A stretch of 62,877 bases of DNA, counting the filler. It is 8 parts of 8 records of this genome, joined end to end, with 100 filler letters (N's around TTAATTAATTAA, not from the genome) between each part and the next. Parts side by side here need not be neighbours in the genome. Positions count along the whole stretch, not along the records: positions 1 to 15,117 come from SRR7504441_639; positions 15,218 to 23,960 come from SRR7504441_640; positions 24,061 to 32,125 come from SRR7504441_641; 5 more parts are not named here. The stretch is one strand, 5' to 3'. A program made the translations under genes and the position numbers. Below are positions 13,441 to 25,080 of this stretch, one piece after another (position 1 is the first letter of the stretch; every line of letters starts with the position of its first letter). The notes under the pieces are model-generated. The model did not search any database. It was not told where the DNA came from and saw nothing but the letters and a program-made list of their open reading frames with translations.

Positions 13441-15117
13441 CTATTGATTCGATTGCCATTGAATAAGAGCACCGGCAACCGCCAAGTGGCCACGCTTTCG
13501 GGCCGCATCAGTGGGAGTGTCGCCGTCCGCATTAGGCTGGTCGACGTCCCCCCCTGCTTGGTAGAGCTGCCGCGCAATAGGCAGGTTTCCGGAGGCACTG
13601 GCCACCCAAAGCGGGCTGCAGCCTTTGCAGTCTGCTTTGTTCACATCTGCACCAGAGCCAAGGAGTGCTGTCAACACGGAAGCGCGCTCAGCTGTGCGGT
13701 CGCGACTGCCCTGAAACACGGCCACCCACAGCGGCGTGCGGCCTTTCGAATTTGGTGCATCGATCAAAGCTCCAGCATTCAGAAGCGTGGTGACAGTTGC
13801 TGCATGGCCATTGGCTGCACTGGCCCAAAGAGGGGTGCATCCACTATTTGCATGGCTGTCCATCAAATCCAGATCCGCTCCTACAGCAGCCAGCATTGCC
13901 ACAATCTCAGCTCGACCCTCGCTAGCCGCGATCCAGAGCGGTGTGCATCCATTGTCAGCGGTGTCTGGGCTCGCATTGGAGGCAAGCAATGAGCAAACAA
14001 CTGATCGGTGGCCCTTGTGCGCCGCCCAGTATAATGGCGTCCACCCGTTCTTATCTGCCTGTTCAGGCTCTGCACCGGCGTCTAGGAGTGCCTTCACTGC
14101 ATCGTCGTGTCCATTGGCCGCAGCCCAATACAAAGGGGTCTGCCCGTAGCTGTCGGCTTTGTTGACATCAGCACGAGCAGCGAGCAGGTTCTTGAGCCGG
14201 CCTAGCTTGCCATGCTGTGCTGCCGCCCAAAGCCGGGTGGCACCATTCTTGTCGACAAAGTCTACAGAAGCATCCAGGAGACCGAGACTCGATAGGTCGG
14301 CTAGCGAGCCGTCAGGGCCATATCGCTCCGTTTCTGACGAGTCGCTGATTGAAGAGCGACTGCTCAAGGGAGGGGTGGGGGACTGAAGAGTACCTTTACC
14401 CTCACTACCAAAGCTCAATTCATGCGGTGTGCTTCCCCAAGCAGCAGCAGCTGTGAGTGACACAGACGACGGTGAGCCACCCACGCGCTGGGGGCTCTTT
14501 GGAGAGTTGCTGCGGCTACGAATCGAAAGTTTGTTCATCAAGGCCTTTGCCTCACCGCGCATTTTTTCACGCGAGGGAGGTCGGCCACGGGACCGAGGAG
14601 ATCCATCTCGAGATCTCAGTGTGGGCGACGAGCGGCTCTTTGGCGACGAGGGACTCTTTGGTGATGAGGGACTCTTTGGCGATGAGGGACTCTTTGGCGA
14701 TTTTGGTGAAGTCGGGACTCTTGAAGGCGGTGATTTGCTACGAAGTTCCTTGATTTGCGCTTCCTTTTGGTTGGCTAGGTCGTACAATCCAAGACTCTGC
14801 GCATACTGCCGCTTGGCTTCCAACTTAGTAAGTTTTTTCTTCATCGCACCAGGCGATTCAGGACTAGGCGGCGCCTCGGCCACATCTGTCACTTTCTTGC
14901 CACTCTTTATCGCCTGTATATCACCCTCTACTTCCTTGGCCTTTTCATACAAACCAAGAGAGATCGCATACCGCCGCTTGTTTTCCAAATCAGCCAGCTC
15001 TTCCTTGAACATGTCAGCAGGAGCAGCCCCTGCCTTGGCCTCAAGTGGATCCGGCGATGAGAGGGTGGGCTGCTGCATGTCCACCTCGCCTTTCTTCCCC
15101 AGATGCTTGAACAGCAC
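13441..15117 (-). CDS. Ankyrin-repeat protein with two UVR-like helical motifs and an SP-rich linker (5' end at contig edge)
   Basis: There are about eight G.TPLW.AA..GH ankyrin repeats, duplicated LE.KR.YA.SLGLY..A......I..(I/L) motifs and SPKSPS repeats. Confidence 0.85.
   Translation of the reverse strand: MLFKHLGKKGEVDMQQPTLSSPDPLEAKAGAAPADMFKEELADLENKRRYAISLGLYEKAKEVEGDIQAIKSGKKVTDVAEAPPSPESPGAMKKKLTKLEAKRQYAQSLGLYDLANQKEAQIKELRSKSPPSRVPTSPKSPKSPSSPKSPSSPKSPSSPKSRSSPTLRSRDGSPRSRGRPPSREKMRGEAKALMNKLSIRSRSNSPKSPQRVGGSPSSVSLTAAAAWGSTPHELSFGSEGKGTLQSPTPPLSSRSSISDSSETERYGPDGSLADLSSLGLLDASVDFVDKNGATRLWAAAQHGKLGRLKNLLAARADVNKADSYGQTPLYWAAANGHDDAVKALLDAGAEPEQADKNGWTPLYWAAHKGHRSVVCSLLASNASPDTADNGCTPLWIAASEGRAEIVAMLAAVGADLDLMDSHANSGCTPLWASAANGHAATVTTLLNAGALIDAPNSKGRTPLWVAVFQGSRDRTAERASVLTALLGSGADVNKADCKGCSPLWVASASGNLPIARQLYQAGGDVDQPNADGDTPTDAARKRGHLAVAGALIQWQSNQ
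14630..14706 (-). repeat. 18-bp coding tandem repeat (SPKSPS)n
   Basis: gagggactctttggcga(t/c)-like units are repeated about four times. Confidence 0.8.
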
Positions 15118-15217
15118 NNNNNNNNNNNNNNNNNNNNNNNNNNNNNNNNNNNNNNNNNNNNTTAATTAATTAANNNNNNNNNNNNNNNNNNNNNNNNNNN
15201 NNNNNNNNNNNNNNNNN
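15118..15217. other. Artificial contig spacer
   Basis: 44 N + TTAATTAATTAA (stops in all six frames) + 44 N. Confidence 0.97.
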
Positions 15218-15436
15218 TCTTGATTATTAATAATACTGATTTAATATAAGAACATTACTACGTAACATCAATGCACATTGAATCAATGCATACTTCTAGA
15301 TAAGTAAATGGAGAACTACGGTGTAGATAAACTCATTGAGACTTGAATAAGCCGCGCAACTGCACGTAGATATTCCCTCAGTTCTTCTACTAGTGTTGCC
15401 TGGCTTGTCAGTCCATTTGTGCACAAGCCTGCTGCT

Positions 15437-17626
15437 CTAGAATTCGCAGCCATAGTATGGTGCACCCCATTCCATTGATTTGTAGTCGATCGGTACTTCG
15501 GCGTCCGGCAGCTGCATCACATCGTCGATGTGCTCGTGGAATCCATCACCGCAGTCCACAGTGCCATCGTCCCCACCGTGCGGCCCAACCATAAAGATTC
15601 GTTCCTTGGGGAAGCCGACTTCGCTATATGCCCTGATATCGGTGGCGGTGTTGCCATACGCGGCATACATGGTGCAGCCCTTGGCCTTGAGCTCGTTCAT
15701 GTATTCGCACTTGAACACGCCCACTGAAGGGTAGATGGGCAGCGTCGGGATCATCGTCCTGGTCAGGTGGATTGGCCCAGGTGGGAACCGGTGCTTGAGA
15801 AGCCAGTCCAGTGTGATCCTGTAGAAGGAGCCTTGCCGGCCACTGAGGTAGATCGGCTGGTATCCTTTGGCCACCCATGCACGGACGAGGTTGACAGCGC
15901 CGTCACGCTCCATAGGGTCCCATATGCTCCCAAGGCAGACACACGACTCAAGCATGAACTGGGTGACCACCTCTTGGTCGCCCACAGTCAGGGTGCCGTC
16001 CATGTCGAACACCACACATGGAGTTCCCTTCCTGAGTACAAACAGCGAGCCAGTGCTGTCAGAGTTGGTGTCAACGCAGACCTGCCGGATTGTGAAGTGT
16101 CCAAACCCGAGGATGCTGCGCGGGATTTCAACAGACATCCGGCCTTCATTATCAGTCTGCTGCTTGCCTGTGTAGAACTTCTCGAGCTTGTGCCACAGCT
16201 TATTCCGCTTGTTCTCGTCGGCATCTTCGGCCGCGTCATTCATCTCAGGGCTGTACCATTCCTCCACTGGGACAATGAACGTAGCCACCTTGCCCCTGCT
16301 GATGGGCCCGAACCGGTGCTCCAGCTTGCAGAAGGCTGCCGGGCGAGTAAAGTCCACCGCTCCGCCCTGCATGTCGCGACGCATCTGCTGCATTTCATAT
16401 TCGAGCTCGTCTGTCCTTGAGGCGAGGAACCGGATGATGGACGCCTGGTCGCACAGCACTTTCTTGGTCACCGCGTGCATTTCCTCGGGCGATTCGTTCA
16501 TGGCCTCCACCCACGAGTCGCGGAACGAAGTCAGGCGTGGGAGTGTGTTTGTCCTCGCCATCCCGCCTGCTGTTGCTGCGAGCAGATCTTGCGCCTCGTC
16601 TGATGTGGCGTTCTCGATTCGCTCGGCGCTTCTGACGCCGACCTCCTTCTGGCTGAGATCAGCGCGGTTGACGTAGTCGGTGAGCTGAGCATGCGGGTCC
16701 ACCTCTTCACCGCCAACGTCCGAGTGCTCAAACGCTACGTCACCGTGGTGCGTGCACTCAAAGTGCTGCTTGATGGTGTCGGTGACGGTGTTGGCCACCT
16801 CGATCTGGGCCTGGAGCACTTTGCCGTCCGACCGCTCGGCCAGGCAGTAAACGTTGTCGTGCGCGCAGCACCAGTGGTTGGGGTCACTGTTGGCTGTCAT
16901 CTCGCCGAGCTTTAGGTACCCGGGCCCGAAGTTGCCGCCCTCATCGTACGTGCCGCGCAGGAACTCATACGTGAACTTGACCTTGATCGTCCCGCCTGTC
17001 TTGCGCCCGTTGGGCTCCTCGCAGTCGAGCTCCCATTCACGCTCCTCGTTGTCAGCATACTGTGGGCGAGCCCCACGGAATTTGGCCACAACTCCGCCAA
17101 CCAAGATCTTGACGTACGAGAAGGACCGGCCGACGAAGAAGTGCCACGGTTTCTCGCAAGGGTTGTCGGAGTGCTGCCAGTCTACCGGCTGGTCAACGAA
17201 GGCCATGGGGGGCTCATAGTGTTGCATCTCCCAGAGGGCGTTCCCCGCATCGGTGATGGACACGCCGTGCCGCTTCTGGCCCGGCACCACGCGGATCGTG
17301 AGGTGGCCAATGAACACTGGCGAGCTGATGGAAGGGGTAGTCTCGGGGGCGTACGGGTCGTGCAAGGATCCGGCGTACGGCAGCTTGTTGGGCACGAGCC
17401 GGACCATGGTGGCGTCCGCGAAGAGTTCGGCGAGCAGCCGGTACGGCGACATGCTCAGATCGACCTCGCGGAAGCAGAGGGTGGCCAACTGCCGGCCGTC
17501 GATGTCGCTGAAGTGGTAGTCGTCTTCATTGCTCTCAGCGCAGCATCGGCAGGCGCGGCCGCAACGGACCCGGCGGGTGCAGCAGCAGATCCGGCACGCG
17601 AAGGCTTTGCTACAGGCACAGCCCAT
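15437..17626 (-). CDS. LNS2 (lipin/Nir-rdgB type HAD) domain protein with a Cys-rich, probably acylated N-terminus
   Basis: VVFDMDGT (DxDGT), GYQPIYLSGR, WLLKHRFPPG and AAYGNTATDIRAY are present. The N-terminus is MGCACS...CCC. The 729 aa ORF is uninterrupted. Confidence 0.8.
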   Translation of the reverse strand: MGCACSKAFACRICCCTRRVRCGRACRCCAESNEDDYHFSDIDGRQLATLCFREVDLSMSPYRLLAELFADATMVRLVPNKLPYAGSLHDPYAPETTPSISSPVFIGHLTIRVVPGQKRHGVSITDAGNALWEMQHYEPPMAFVDQPVDWQHSDNPCEKPWHFFVGRSFSYVKILVGGVVAKFRGARPQYADNEEREWELDCEEPNGRKTGGTIKVKFTYEFLRGTYDEGGNFGPGYLKLGEMTANSDPNHWCCAHDNVYCLAERSDGKVLQAQIEVANTVTDTIKQHFECTHHGDVAFEHSDVGGEEVDPHAQLTDYVNRADLSQKEVGVRSAERIENATSDEAQDLLAATAGGMARTNTLPRLTSFRDSWVEAMNESPEEMHAVTKKVLCDQASIIRFLASRTDELEYEMQQMRRDMQGGAVDFTRPAAFCKLEHRFGPISRGKVATFIVPVEEWYSPEMNDAAEDADENKRNKLWHKLEKFYTGKQQTDNEGRMSVEIPRSILGFGHFTIRQVCVDTNSDSTGSLFVLRKGTPCVVFDMDGTLTVGDQEVVTQFMLESCVCLGSIWDPMERDGAVNLVRAWVAKGYQPIYLSGRQGSFYRITLDWLLKHRFPPGPIHLTRTMIPTLPIYPSVGVFKCEYMNELKAKGCTMYAAYGNTATDIRAYSEVGFPKERIFMVGPHGGDDGTVDCGDGFHEHIDDVMQLPDAEVPIDYKSMEWGAPYYGCEF

Positions 17627-17888
17627 GATCGATCAACCTGCCCGACGCTCAGCCCGGCCGGCTCTCGAGTAGACGCACCCTCGCTTGTCTCGAGGTGGTG
17701 CTCTCCGTCGCTCGTAACCGACCCCAGATTGCTTGGCAACGGCCAACTTGGTCAACGGCATTCGGGACCCCCCTCGTCAAGCCCTTGTCACCCACCTGGA
17801 TGTCCGCGCCGCCTGCACCGCCGACTTGGCCTCGCCAAACGCGGTGACGTCATCCACCTGCGCGCCGCCGCCGCAGTGATCCTACCCG

Positions 17889-19790
17889 ATGGCTGCGGCG
17901 CCCGGCCCGCTCCTGCCGTCGGCGCTGGACACGATCCGGCGCGCCAGGTACCTTTCGCTATTGCTGCTCGGAATGGCCGCCGGTCGCGTCCGCTGGCGGC
18001 ACGCTCGGCTGGTGGTGGCGCCAGCCAAGTGGCTCGGGCCGTTCGTGATTCAGTTGCTCCGGCCGCTGCTGCTACTCAAGGCGCTTGCCGGGGTGGTGCT
18101 GGCCGAGCTGCTGGTCCGGGGGCTAGCGGTGGTCTGGGTGGCCGGCTCCCCGCTGCTATGGCCGGACCGGGAACCGATCTTGGCCGCCCGACACCGGCTG
18201 CACAGCGCGGGCAACTACCGGCAGTGGCTGGCCGCGGCGGTAGGCTTGGACAGCGCGATGGGGCACGACCGGTGGAAGGAGGACACGGCGGACGGGGCGG
18301 TACCGGCGGTGGCGCTGGAGGAGCAGGCCGGCAGGCTGGAGCGGCTGGCTGCTGCCGGGGAGCCCGGCCGGCTGATGCAGGAGCTGCACAGCTGCCTGCC
18401 GCGGAGCTGCTTCCGTCAGGGGGATGAGGCCATGTGGGCGCAGTGCCATGTGGGTACCAAGCGCGCGCTGGAGCTCTGGCAGCATGCAGTGATAAGGGCA
18501 ATCACGACTCTGCAGAACGACCCGAGCCTGCCGGCTAGTGCCAAGCTGGAGTGGGCTCAGACAGCCCAAGTGGCGCACGGCCGGACTGCGCTGGTGCTAT
18601 CGGGCGGGGCCTCCCTGGGTTGGTATCATCTCGGGGTGATTAAAGCTCTCGATGCCCAGCAGCTGCTGCCAGACACGATTGCAGGATCATCGGCAGGAGC
18701 TGTGATTGCAGCCAAGTTGGGCGCATGCCGGCCCGAAGATTCTGATCAGCTGTTCTTCAGCCCGGAACACTGGTCGCGTCCGTTCCTGGCCCTAGCGACG
18801 AAATGGGGCGGAAACCTCTGGGCTCGCAGGCTGACCCGGCTGGCCACGCAGGGTGTGGTGTTGGATGGCGAGCAGTTCGCAGATGAGCTGCGGGAGGCGG
18901 TTGGGGATATCACATTTGCTGAGGCCTATCGCATCTCCAAGCTGACAATCTGTATCACAGTCAGTGGCGTGTCCAGGTTCCAGAAACCACTGTTACTGTC
19001 GCGGTTCACCGCACCCGATGTGCTGCTATGGTCGGCAGCAGCAGCCTCATGTGCCATCCCAGGTATTTTCGCCCCGGTCCAGCTCCGTGCCCGCGGGTCG
19101 AATGGCGAGGACGTGCCCTTCTGGCCGTCCTCCTCTTGGTTTGATGGCTCATTCACGGTAAACCCTGACCAATCGCCGCTAACTAGGGGGTAGATGGACG
19201 TGCCATCCTTGCACCTGGCGGAGCTTGGAGTGAGCCAGATCGTTGTGAGCCAGGTCAACCCTTTGCTCTTCAACTTTGTCAGTTCACGTGGCCAGAGCGT
19301 CACCGGCTCAACAATGGCCAGCTCGTGGGTACTGTGGGCCCAGTTGGTGCTACAGACACTCCGCTCGGTGGCCATTTCACAGCTGCTTGCTGTACTGAGC
19401 CTAGTAAGACGAGGATCTGCCCTGCTGCCTGGCCGAGGCACCAATGCGAATAGCCTCCTGCTACTGCTTCGATCAATGCTAGCTCAGAACTTTGGGATCC
19501 CTGCGGATCAGCATGGCTTTACAATTGTACCACCTTTCAAGCCGTTTGACCTATTTACATTGCTGAGCAATCCAGACCGTGTGATTGTGGAGGAGCGGAT
19601 GCGGGACGGAGAGCGTTTCTCTTGGCCGTTTACGCCGCGATTGGAGTTCCAGACAGCCGTCGAGAGGGCGTTGAATGGACTTGTCCGGGAAGTGTCAGGA
19701 CAAGAGCCGTGTGGACCAGGACCGGCATGCAAACCCGCCGAACAATTCAAAGTAAAAGACATCGAGGCACCCACCGCATCACGGTTATAA
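17889..19790 (+). CDS. Patatin-like triacylglycerol lipase (SDP1/TGL3-5 type); one 36-nt intron at 19158-19193
   Basis: GRTALVLSGGASLG, GSSAG nucleophile and ASCAIPG motifs are present. WFDGSFT|MDVP...IVVSQVNP is restored by removing the GT..AG intron. Confidence 0.9.
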
Positions 19791-19960
19791 AAATGAAAAA
19801 ATGATATCGATGTATCGATGTATTAATTAACAATTGCTCTGAATAGTTCTAAAAAGCACAATCAAAGTGTTGCATCATAGACCCGGATCGCACAACTGCA
19901 TGTACAATCATGACTTTATAATTGTAACTGCCACCCTACTGCCACCCTGTCCTATAGGTA

Positions 19961-22900
19961 CTACCAAGTCCCTCGCCTTTCTAGCTCTTCGTCGCTTATC
20001 ACCGAGACTTGATCGCTACCTACCCGACGATGCCGGGCTTGCGTCAAGACGGAGTGCACGTGAGTACGGGCAAGTACAGCCTCGCGTGAATCATCAGGCA
20101 GCATCTTGTGTAACTGAAGATCGCGCACTCTATTCACTCTGATGATGTCAGCCGCGCGTGGGTAGTAACACTGAACAACGGCGGCTCGCAGATATGCAGG
20201 AAGCAATCCGATCGCAGAAGAAATCAGGACGAGCAACCAAGCGCTAGCCTCCGAGAACGTCCGTGAAAATGCACCATACATCGAGCCGTTTGTGACGATC
20301 CCTTGCGGGAATAAATTCTCTATGTACACGAACAGAAACCAGAGCCCAAGCGAGCCCCAATAACATAGATGGGTCGGCCAAGTCCAATTGGGTGTCTCCA
20401 GGCCAAGACGAAGAGTGACCAGGACGAGCAAATTCGTGTAAATCATAATCCCGAGCGGGACCTGGTCGAGTGGCTCTCCAGTGCTGAATATGTTGGCGTT
20501 ATGGTGGAGCCCTGCGACTGCGAAGCACACCAGGCTCGCATAGATGGACTCAACAATCCAGAATAAAAATCTGGTTGTGTTGAGAAAGGCATTGCGTTGG
20601 CCAGTGTGATAAATCTCTGGGTATTGCTGGCACTCATCGTATTTGATGTCTTGTGACAGCATACCAAAGATGATCACTGGCCAGCTCGTGAATGCAAAAT
20701 TGTAAGCTGAGGTGCTCATGTCATCGTACAGGCCATTCCCAGAGAATCCTGCAAGTAGAGTGTAAAACACCAGTGTCATGGCAAAAGAGACGTTCTTATA
20801 GAAAAAATAGCATATCGTGTCGCAAAGCCTTTTGTATGTCCAATGTCCATGCACCAGAAGCAAGCTCGATAGGTCTTTGAACTGGGCGAGTGCAAAGTCA
20901 GAGTTATTGACTGCTTGCGACCCCTCAACTCCAGCGATCCCCACCCCGACATGGGCTTCATTGATCATCCCGACGTCATTGGCACCATCGCCAATGGCAA
21001 GCGTCACTTCTGAAGTCGACGCCTTTACCAGCTTTGTCAAGTCAGCTTTCTGGGCTGGCGACACTCTGCAACACAACACAGCCGCACAATCCATTGTCAG
21101 CGCTATCAATTGCTCCTGAGCTTGCTTTTGTTCATCCCTTTGCTCATCCTGAATCTCGAGTCGACTCTTGGCGTCCCAACCTATCCCCATCGACATCAAT
21201 GCTGATCCACTCACGATCAACGCTCCAACCCCGGGCGTCACCACATGCTGCAGCTGCCTCATCCGCGCTCGCAGTTGGCCAAGACAGGCTGTGTGCCGCT
21301 GCGTGGCCCCGGGAGAGGCTGGCTCGAGCGTCATAACTTGCATCGACGGCTCGAGCAGCTTGCAGGCATACCCGATCTTTTCGGCTGTCTCTGGCTTATC
21401 GCCAGTCAGCACCCACGTCCGGATGTTGGCTGCCCGAAGCTTCTCAAGGGTCGCTGCCACAGCTTCCTGCAATTGGTCCTCGATTGCAGTGGCACCAACA
21501 ACAGCCAGTCCTGCCTCAAGCTCCGCCTCTAAAGGGGACAGCGCTGCGTTCTTTGCTTTAGCCTGCTTATATCTAGCACGCCAAGAAGTAAAGAAGTCTG
21601 CATCGAGAGTCTTCTGCGCAACTAAGAGCGTGCGGAGCCCCTGGCTTGCAAACGCATCAATGTCACGTTGAGTGTCTAACATATCGTTTCCGTCCGGTTC
21701 AGCAAGAAGCCCACGGACCACAGTGTCAGCACCCTTGGTGATGAGCAACAGCTTGGAGCCCTCAGGGTGAGGCGTTCTGACCACTACTGACATTCGCTTC
21801 CTATCCGACGTGAAGTCTAGTGTTTCTAGCAGAGTGTACTCTACCACCTGTGAGCCTTGGCAAGGTTTACACTCTTCCTGCTCAACCACCTCCAGAGCAA
21901 TCCGTTCCGACCCGTTACTCGTCAGCCGCCGGCCCTGCAGCCTCACCCCGAGATCAGCGGCCGCGGCTACCAGCGCGCCATCATCTGGGCTTGCTGCATT
22001 GTACTGAATTCCGGTAGGCGTGTCGCAGGGTATAACAGTGTGGCACAGCGCCAGCCCAGTCAGCAATGTCCGGAACTGGCTCTCGGCCGGGCTGTCTAGC
22101 CAAGCGTGTCCGTTGACACGGCCGTCATAAAACAGCAGACCCGGATCTTCCCATTCAAACCTCTCCCTGGGCGGTTGCACCGCGACACGCCCACACAGCA
22201 CGGCCTCAGACCGTTCTATCTCCGAGATACCGTGCCCATACACCTCACCAGCCAGCGACAGCCGTAGTAGACTCATCTTGTTCCGAGTGAGCGTGCCAGT
22301 CTTGTCTGATAGGATGCATCGGACCTGGCCAAGCTCCTCGGGGATTGACATGTTCCTGCACTGCGCGCGCTTGCCACTCTCTGCGCAGTGCAGCCGGAGA
22401 TCCCACTTGATGAACAGGGCGTAGAAGAGCTTGAGAAACTCGGTGGTCACATACAGCGACACCGGGACCATATTGGAGAAGAGCATTGTGAATGTGAGGA
22501 AAGAGAGCACCCCGATCAAGACTGTGTTGGTGGTCCCATACCAGTTGATCGCGTACGACTTGCTAAACTCCGGCTGCAGCCCGAGGTACCAGGCCGAGTC
22601 GTGGAACCTGGCCATATAGCAGGCCGATCCGATCGCAGCCCCGGCGCACGCTAGAAACAGCCCGGCAAATATGAACAGCAGCTGGCGGTTCATCGCATGC
22701 TCGACCTTGCTCACCTTGTTCAGCAGCTCCCGCTCGTTGTTCTTCATGATCTTGGTCTCGTGCCCCGTGTACACCACCACCCCCCACACGAATGCAGTGT
22801 TGCGCAGGCTCTGCCCGCGAAGCAGCAAGTTCGCAGCATCCAAGTTGAGGCAACTCGACCCTCCAACGCTCATCCAGCCATGCACCTCGTACAGGTCGCC

Positions 22901-23620
22901 GTTTGGGGGGTCCAGTTCCACTTGCACCGGCAGCTCCGCCAGCTGCTCCGGCGCGCTGAGCCCACTGGTCTCTGGGAAGCATCTGAGCAGCTTTAGGTTG
23001 GTTTCGCCGTCCAGGCTCGACGAATCCACATAGCATACCTGGGACAGCTGGGAGCCTGGCGACATCGGCGAGGCTGTTGACCAGCTCTCGTCCAGCCCCT
23101 CGGTCCGCCGGTCTCCACGAGCGGCCCCCACGGACAGCAGCACCATGTCTGCAGGCACCGGCTCGTCTTGGTCCACTCTTAACAGATCACCCACCGCCAC
23201 CTCGGCCCAGCTGAGCTGCTCCGCCGCCCACACCCCCGAGCTCAGCCGGCGCATCACCCGCGTGCCCCGTCTGTTAGTCCGGCGGTCGTCCAGCGTCCGC
23301 TTCCAGTCCGCGTATCCGTCTTTGAGGGCGGCCAGGGCGAGCACGATCGAGACCGGGGCGATGGTGCTGTAGATGTTGGTCCAGGGAGAGATGGCCGGGA
23401 AGCACACCATCACCGCCAGCAGCAGGAAGTAGACGTTGGCCACCCTGTGGAACTGCTCGAACAGGTTCTTGGGAATAAAGTTGAGCCAGGTGTATTTGGC
23501 GGTCACCACCGAGTTGGTGCAGTACCGATCCTCCTTGGAGGCCGCCCCGGCCACAGTCCGGCGGGGCGGCGAGCGGGGCGGGGCCGCAGCTGCCTCCGCG
23601 CCGAGCAGCCCCTCATTCAT
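19961..23620 (-). CDS. P4-type ATPase (phospholipid flippase, ALA/DRS2 family)
   Basis: TAKYTWLNFIPKNLFEQF, LDGETNLK, VPVSLYV, SDKTGTLT, TGDK, AIGDGANDV and YFFYKN motifs; 1219 aa, intronless. Confidence 0.97.
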   Translation of the reverse strand: MNEGLLGAEAAAAPPRSPPRRTVAGAASKEDRYCTNSVVTAKYTWLNFIPKNLFEQFHRVANVYFLLLAVMVCFPAISPWTNIYSTIAPVSIVLALAALKDGYADWKRTLDDRRTNRRGTRVMRRLSSGVWAAEQLSWAEVAVGDLLRVDQDEPVPADMVLLSVGAARGDRRTEGLDESWSTASPMSPGSQLSQVCYVDSSSLDGETNLKLLRCFPETSGLSAPEQLAELPVQVELDPPNGDLYEVHGWMSVGGSSCLNLDAANLLLRGQSLRNTAFVWGVVVYTGHETKIMKNNERELLNKVSKVEHAMNRQLLFIFAGLFLACAGAAIGSACYMARFHDSAWYLGLQPEFSKSYAINWYGTTNTVLIGVLSFLTFTMLFSNMVPVSLYVTTEFLKLFYALFIKWDLRLHCAESGKRAQCRNMSIPEELGQVRCILSDKTGTLTRNKMSLLRLSLAGEVYGHGISEIERSEAVLCGRVAVQPPRERFEWEDPGLLFYDGRVNGHAWLDSPAESQFRTLLTGLALCHTVIPCDTPTGIQYNAASPDDGALVAAAADLGVRLQGRRLTSNGSERIALEVVEQEECKPCQGSQVVEYTLLETLDFTSDRKRMSVVVRTPHPEGSKLLLITKGADTVVRGLLAEPDGNDMLDTQRDIDAFASQGLRTLLVAQKTLDADFFTSWRARYKQAKAKNAALSPLEAELEAGLAVVGATAIEDQLQEAVAATLEKLRAANIRTWVLTGDKPETAEKIGYACKLLEPSMQVMTLEPASPGATQRHTACLGQLRARMRQLQHVVTPGVGALIVSGSALMSMGIGWDAKSRLEIQDEQRDEQKQAQEQLIALTMDCAAVLCCRVSPAQKADLTKLVKASTSEVTLAIGDGANDVGMINEAHVGVGIAGVEGSQAVNNSDFALAQFKDLSSLLLVHGHWTYKRLCDTICYFFYKNVSFAMTLVFYTLLAGFSGNGLYDDMSTSAYNFAFTSWPVIIFGMLSQDIKYDECQQYPEIYHTGQRNAFLNTTRFLFWIVESIYASLVCFAVAGLHHNANIFSTGEPLDQVPLGIMIYTNLLVLVTLRLGLETPNWTWPTHLCYWGSLGLWFLFVYIENLFPQGIVTNGSMYGAFSRTFSEASAWLLVLISSAIGLLPAYLRAAVVQCYYPRAADIIRVNRVRDLQLHKMLPDDSREAVLARTHVHSVLTQARHRRVGSDQVSVISDEELERRGTW

Positions 23621-23960
23621 CGGTCGCTCAGCGTCGCCGCCCTGGGAAGGGTATTAGCAACCGGCGGGTCCCGGCGGGCGGCTCGAAAGCTTACGTTGAA
23701 GGGTCGCCGCGGAGCTGGATCAAAAGTTTAAGATGGGTTGGGTCCGAGTTTGCAAGGATTTTAAGACAACCAGCTAACATTGTTTACTAATCAATAATCA
23801 ACACCAGCCGCCTGCAAGTTCAACTCGACTATACTTTATTTTGAATCGATTGTCACGGCACCAGGTCCCCCGCAACAAGACATGCACAAATATTCTACTA
23901 CCGGAATTGTTATATTGTCTAACCCTCTCAAGGTCATCAGGACTTGCACTTTTTGAAGTT

Positions 23961-24060
23961 NNNNNNNNNNNNNNNNNNNNNNNNNNNNNNNNNNNNNNNN
24001 NNNNTTAATTAATTAANNNNNNNNNNNNNNNNNNNNNNNNNNNNNNNNNNNNNNNNNNNN
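23961..24060. other. Artificial contig spacer
   Basis: N44-TTAATTAATTAA-N44. Confidence 0.97.
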
Positions 24061-24871
24061 CACACGACCTCCAGCTGGCTGCCGGCCAGCACCAGCGCCT
24101 CGACGATCTCGGACCGGCCTTGGGACGCGGCCCAGTGCAGGGCGGTCCGGCCGGCCTGGTCCTGGCTGTTGGGGTCCGCATTCAGCTCCAGAAGCCGGTC
24201 CACCAACTGCTTGTTGCCTGCGCCCCGCCTGGCACCGCCAGCCCGGCCCGAGCCACCTTTGTCGGCCGCCCACATGAGTGCAGTCCGCCCGCATTGCTGC
24301 GCCCGGCTCGCCCGGGCCGGCCGGCTTGTCTGACCGTGTCTTTGGCATCAATCTCTGCGCCTAGCAGCCGGAGCTCCTCCACCTGCTCACCCGGTCCAGC
24401 CACCAACCGACTCCCATCGGCACCGCCGCCAGATGGTTGTGCCAGGCCGCTTCCATCAGAGGCGTCTTCCCGAGCGCCTGTAGCCGATGAGCACAGAGCG
24501 GCCTGGGCCTCACCCGCTCTCGGGCTTCAAGCTCACACCCACACTCGACCAACATGGCTATGATGTCGACCTCGCCGCGCATCGCAGCCGCGTGCATCGC
24601 GGTCCCGCCGCCCAGCTGCGGCCCGTCAGCCCCGTCCGGCCTGGCCAGGGACCTCAGAGACCCCACGCCAGTCGAGTTGAGCCCCGCGGCAGATAGCCGC
24701 CTGCGCAGCTAGCCGGTCCCCCTTGAAGATAGCCTGGCGGGCGGCTGGGGTGTGCCGAGCGAGGAGGGCGACCTGCATCAGCTGCTCGGTCGGGGTGCGG
24801 ACCGTGTAGTCAAAGCGGCTGGACTTGTGCTTGTGCTCTGGGATCCCCGGCGCACCCAGCTTGTTCCCCAT
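24061..24871 (-). CDS. Ankyrin-repeat protein with a possible N-myristoylation site (3'-truncated, multi-exon)
   Basis: It starts MGNKLG. The repeats GTAMHAAAMRG, GKTPLMEAAWHNH, GRTALMWAADKG and GRTALHWAASQG are separated by short introns. Confidence 0.8.
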
Positions 24872-25080
24872 TGGCTGTGGGTTGGTGAGTATGGGAGCAC
24901 TCCACCTGTGACCGCCCGGCATCATGCACCAAACTCAGCCAAGGGCCATACTAGACGACGGCAGACGTCTACAGCAGGTGTTGCTGTGGTGCAACTGATC
25001 TGCGCAGCTGCAGCCAGTTGAGACCGTTGAGCGACACGCTACGCTCGCAGGGGCGGGCCGTAGAGCGTCTTGTGCCAGGG

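Noticed and set aside
19158-19196. In-frame TAG between two halves of the patatin gene, suggesting readthrough or a variant genetic code
   Set aside because: The TAG is the acceptor of a 36-nt GT-AG intron, and its removal restores the family motif spacing.
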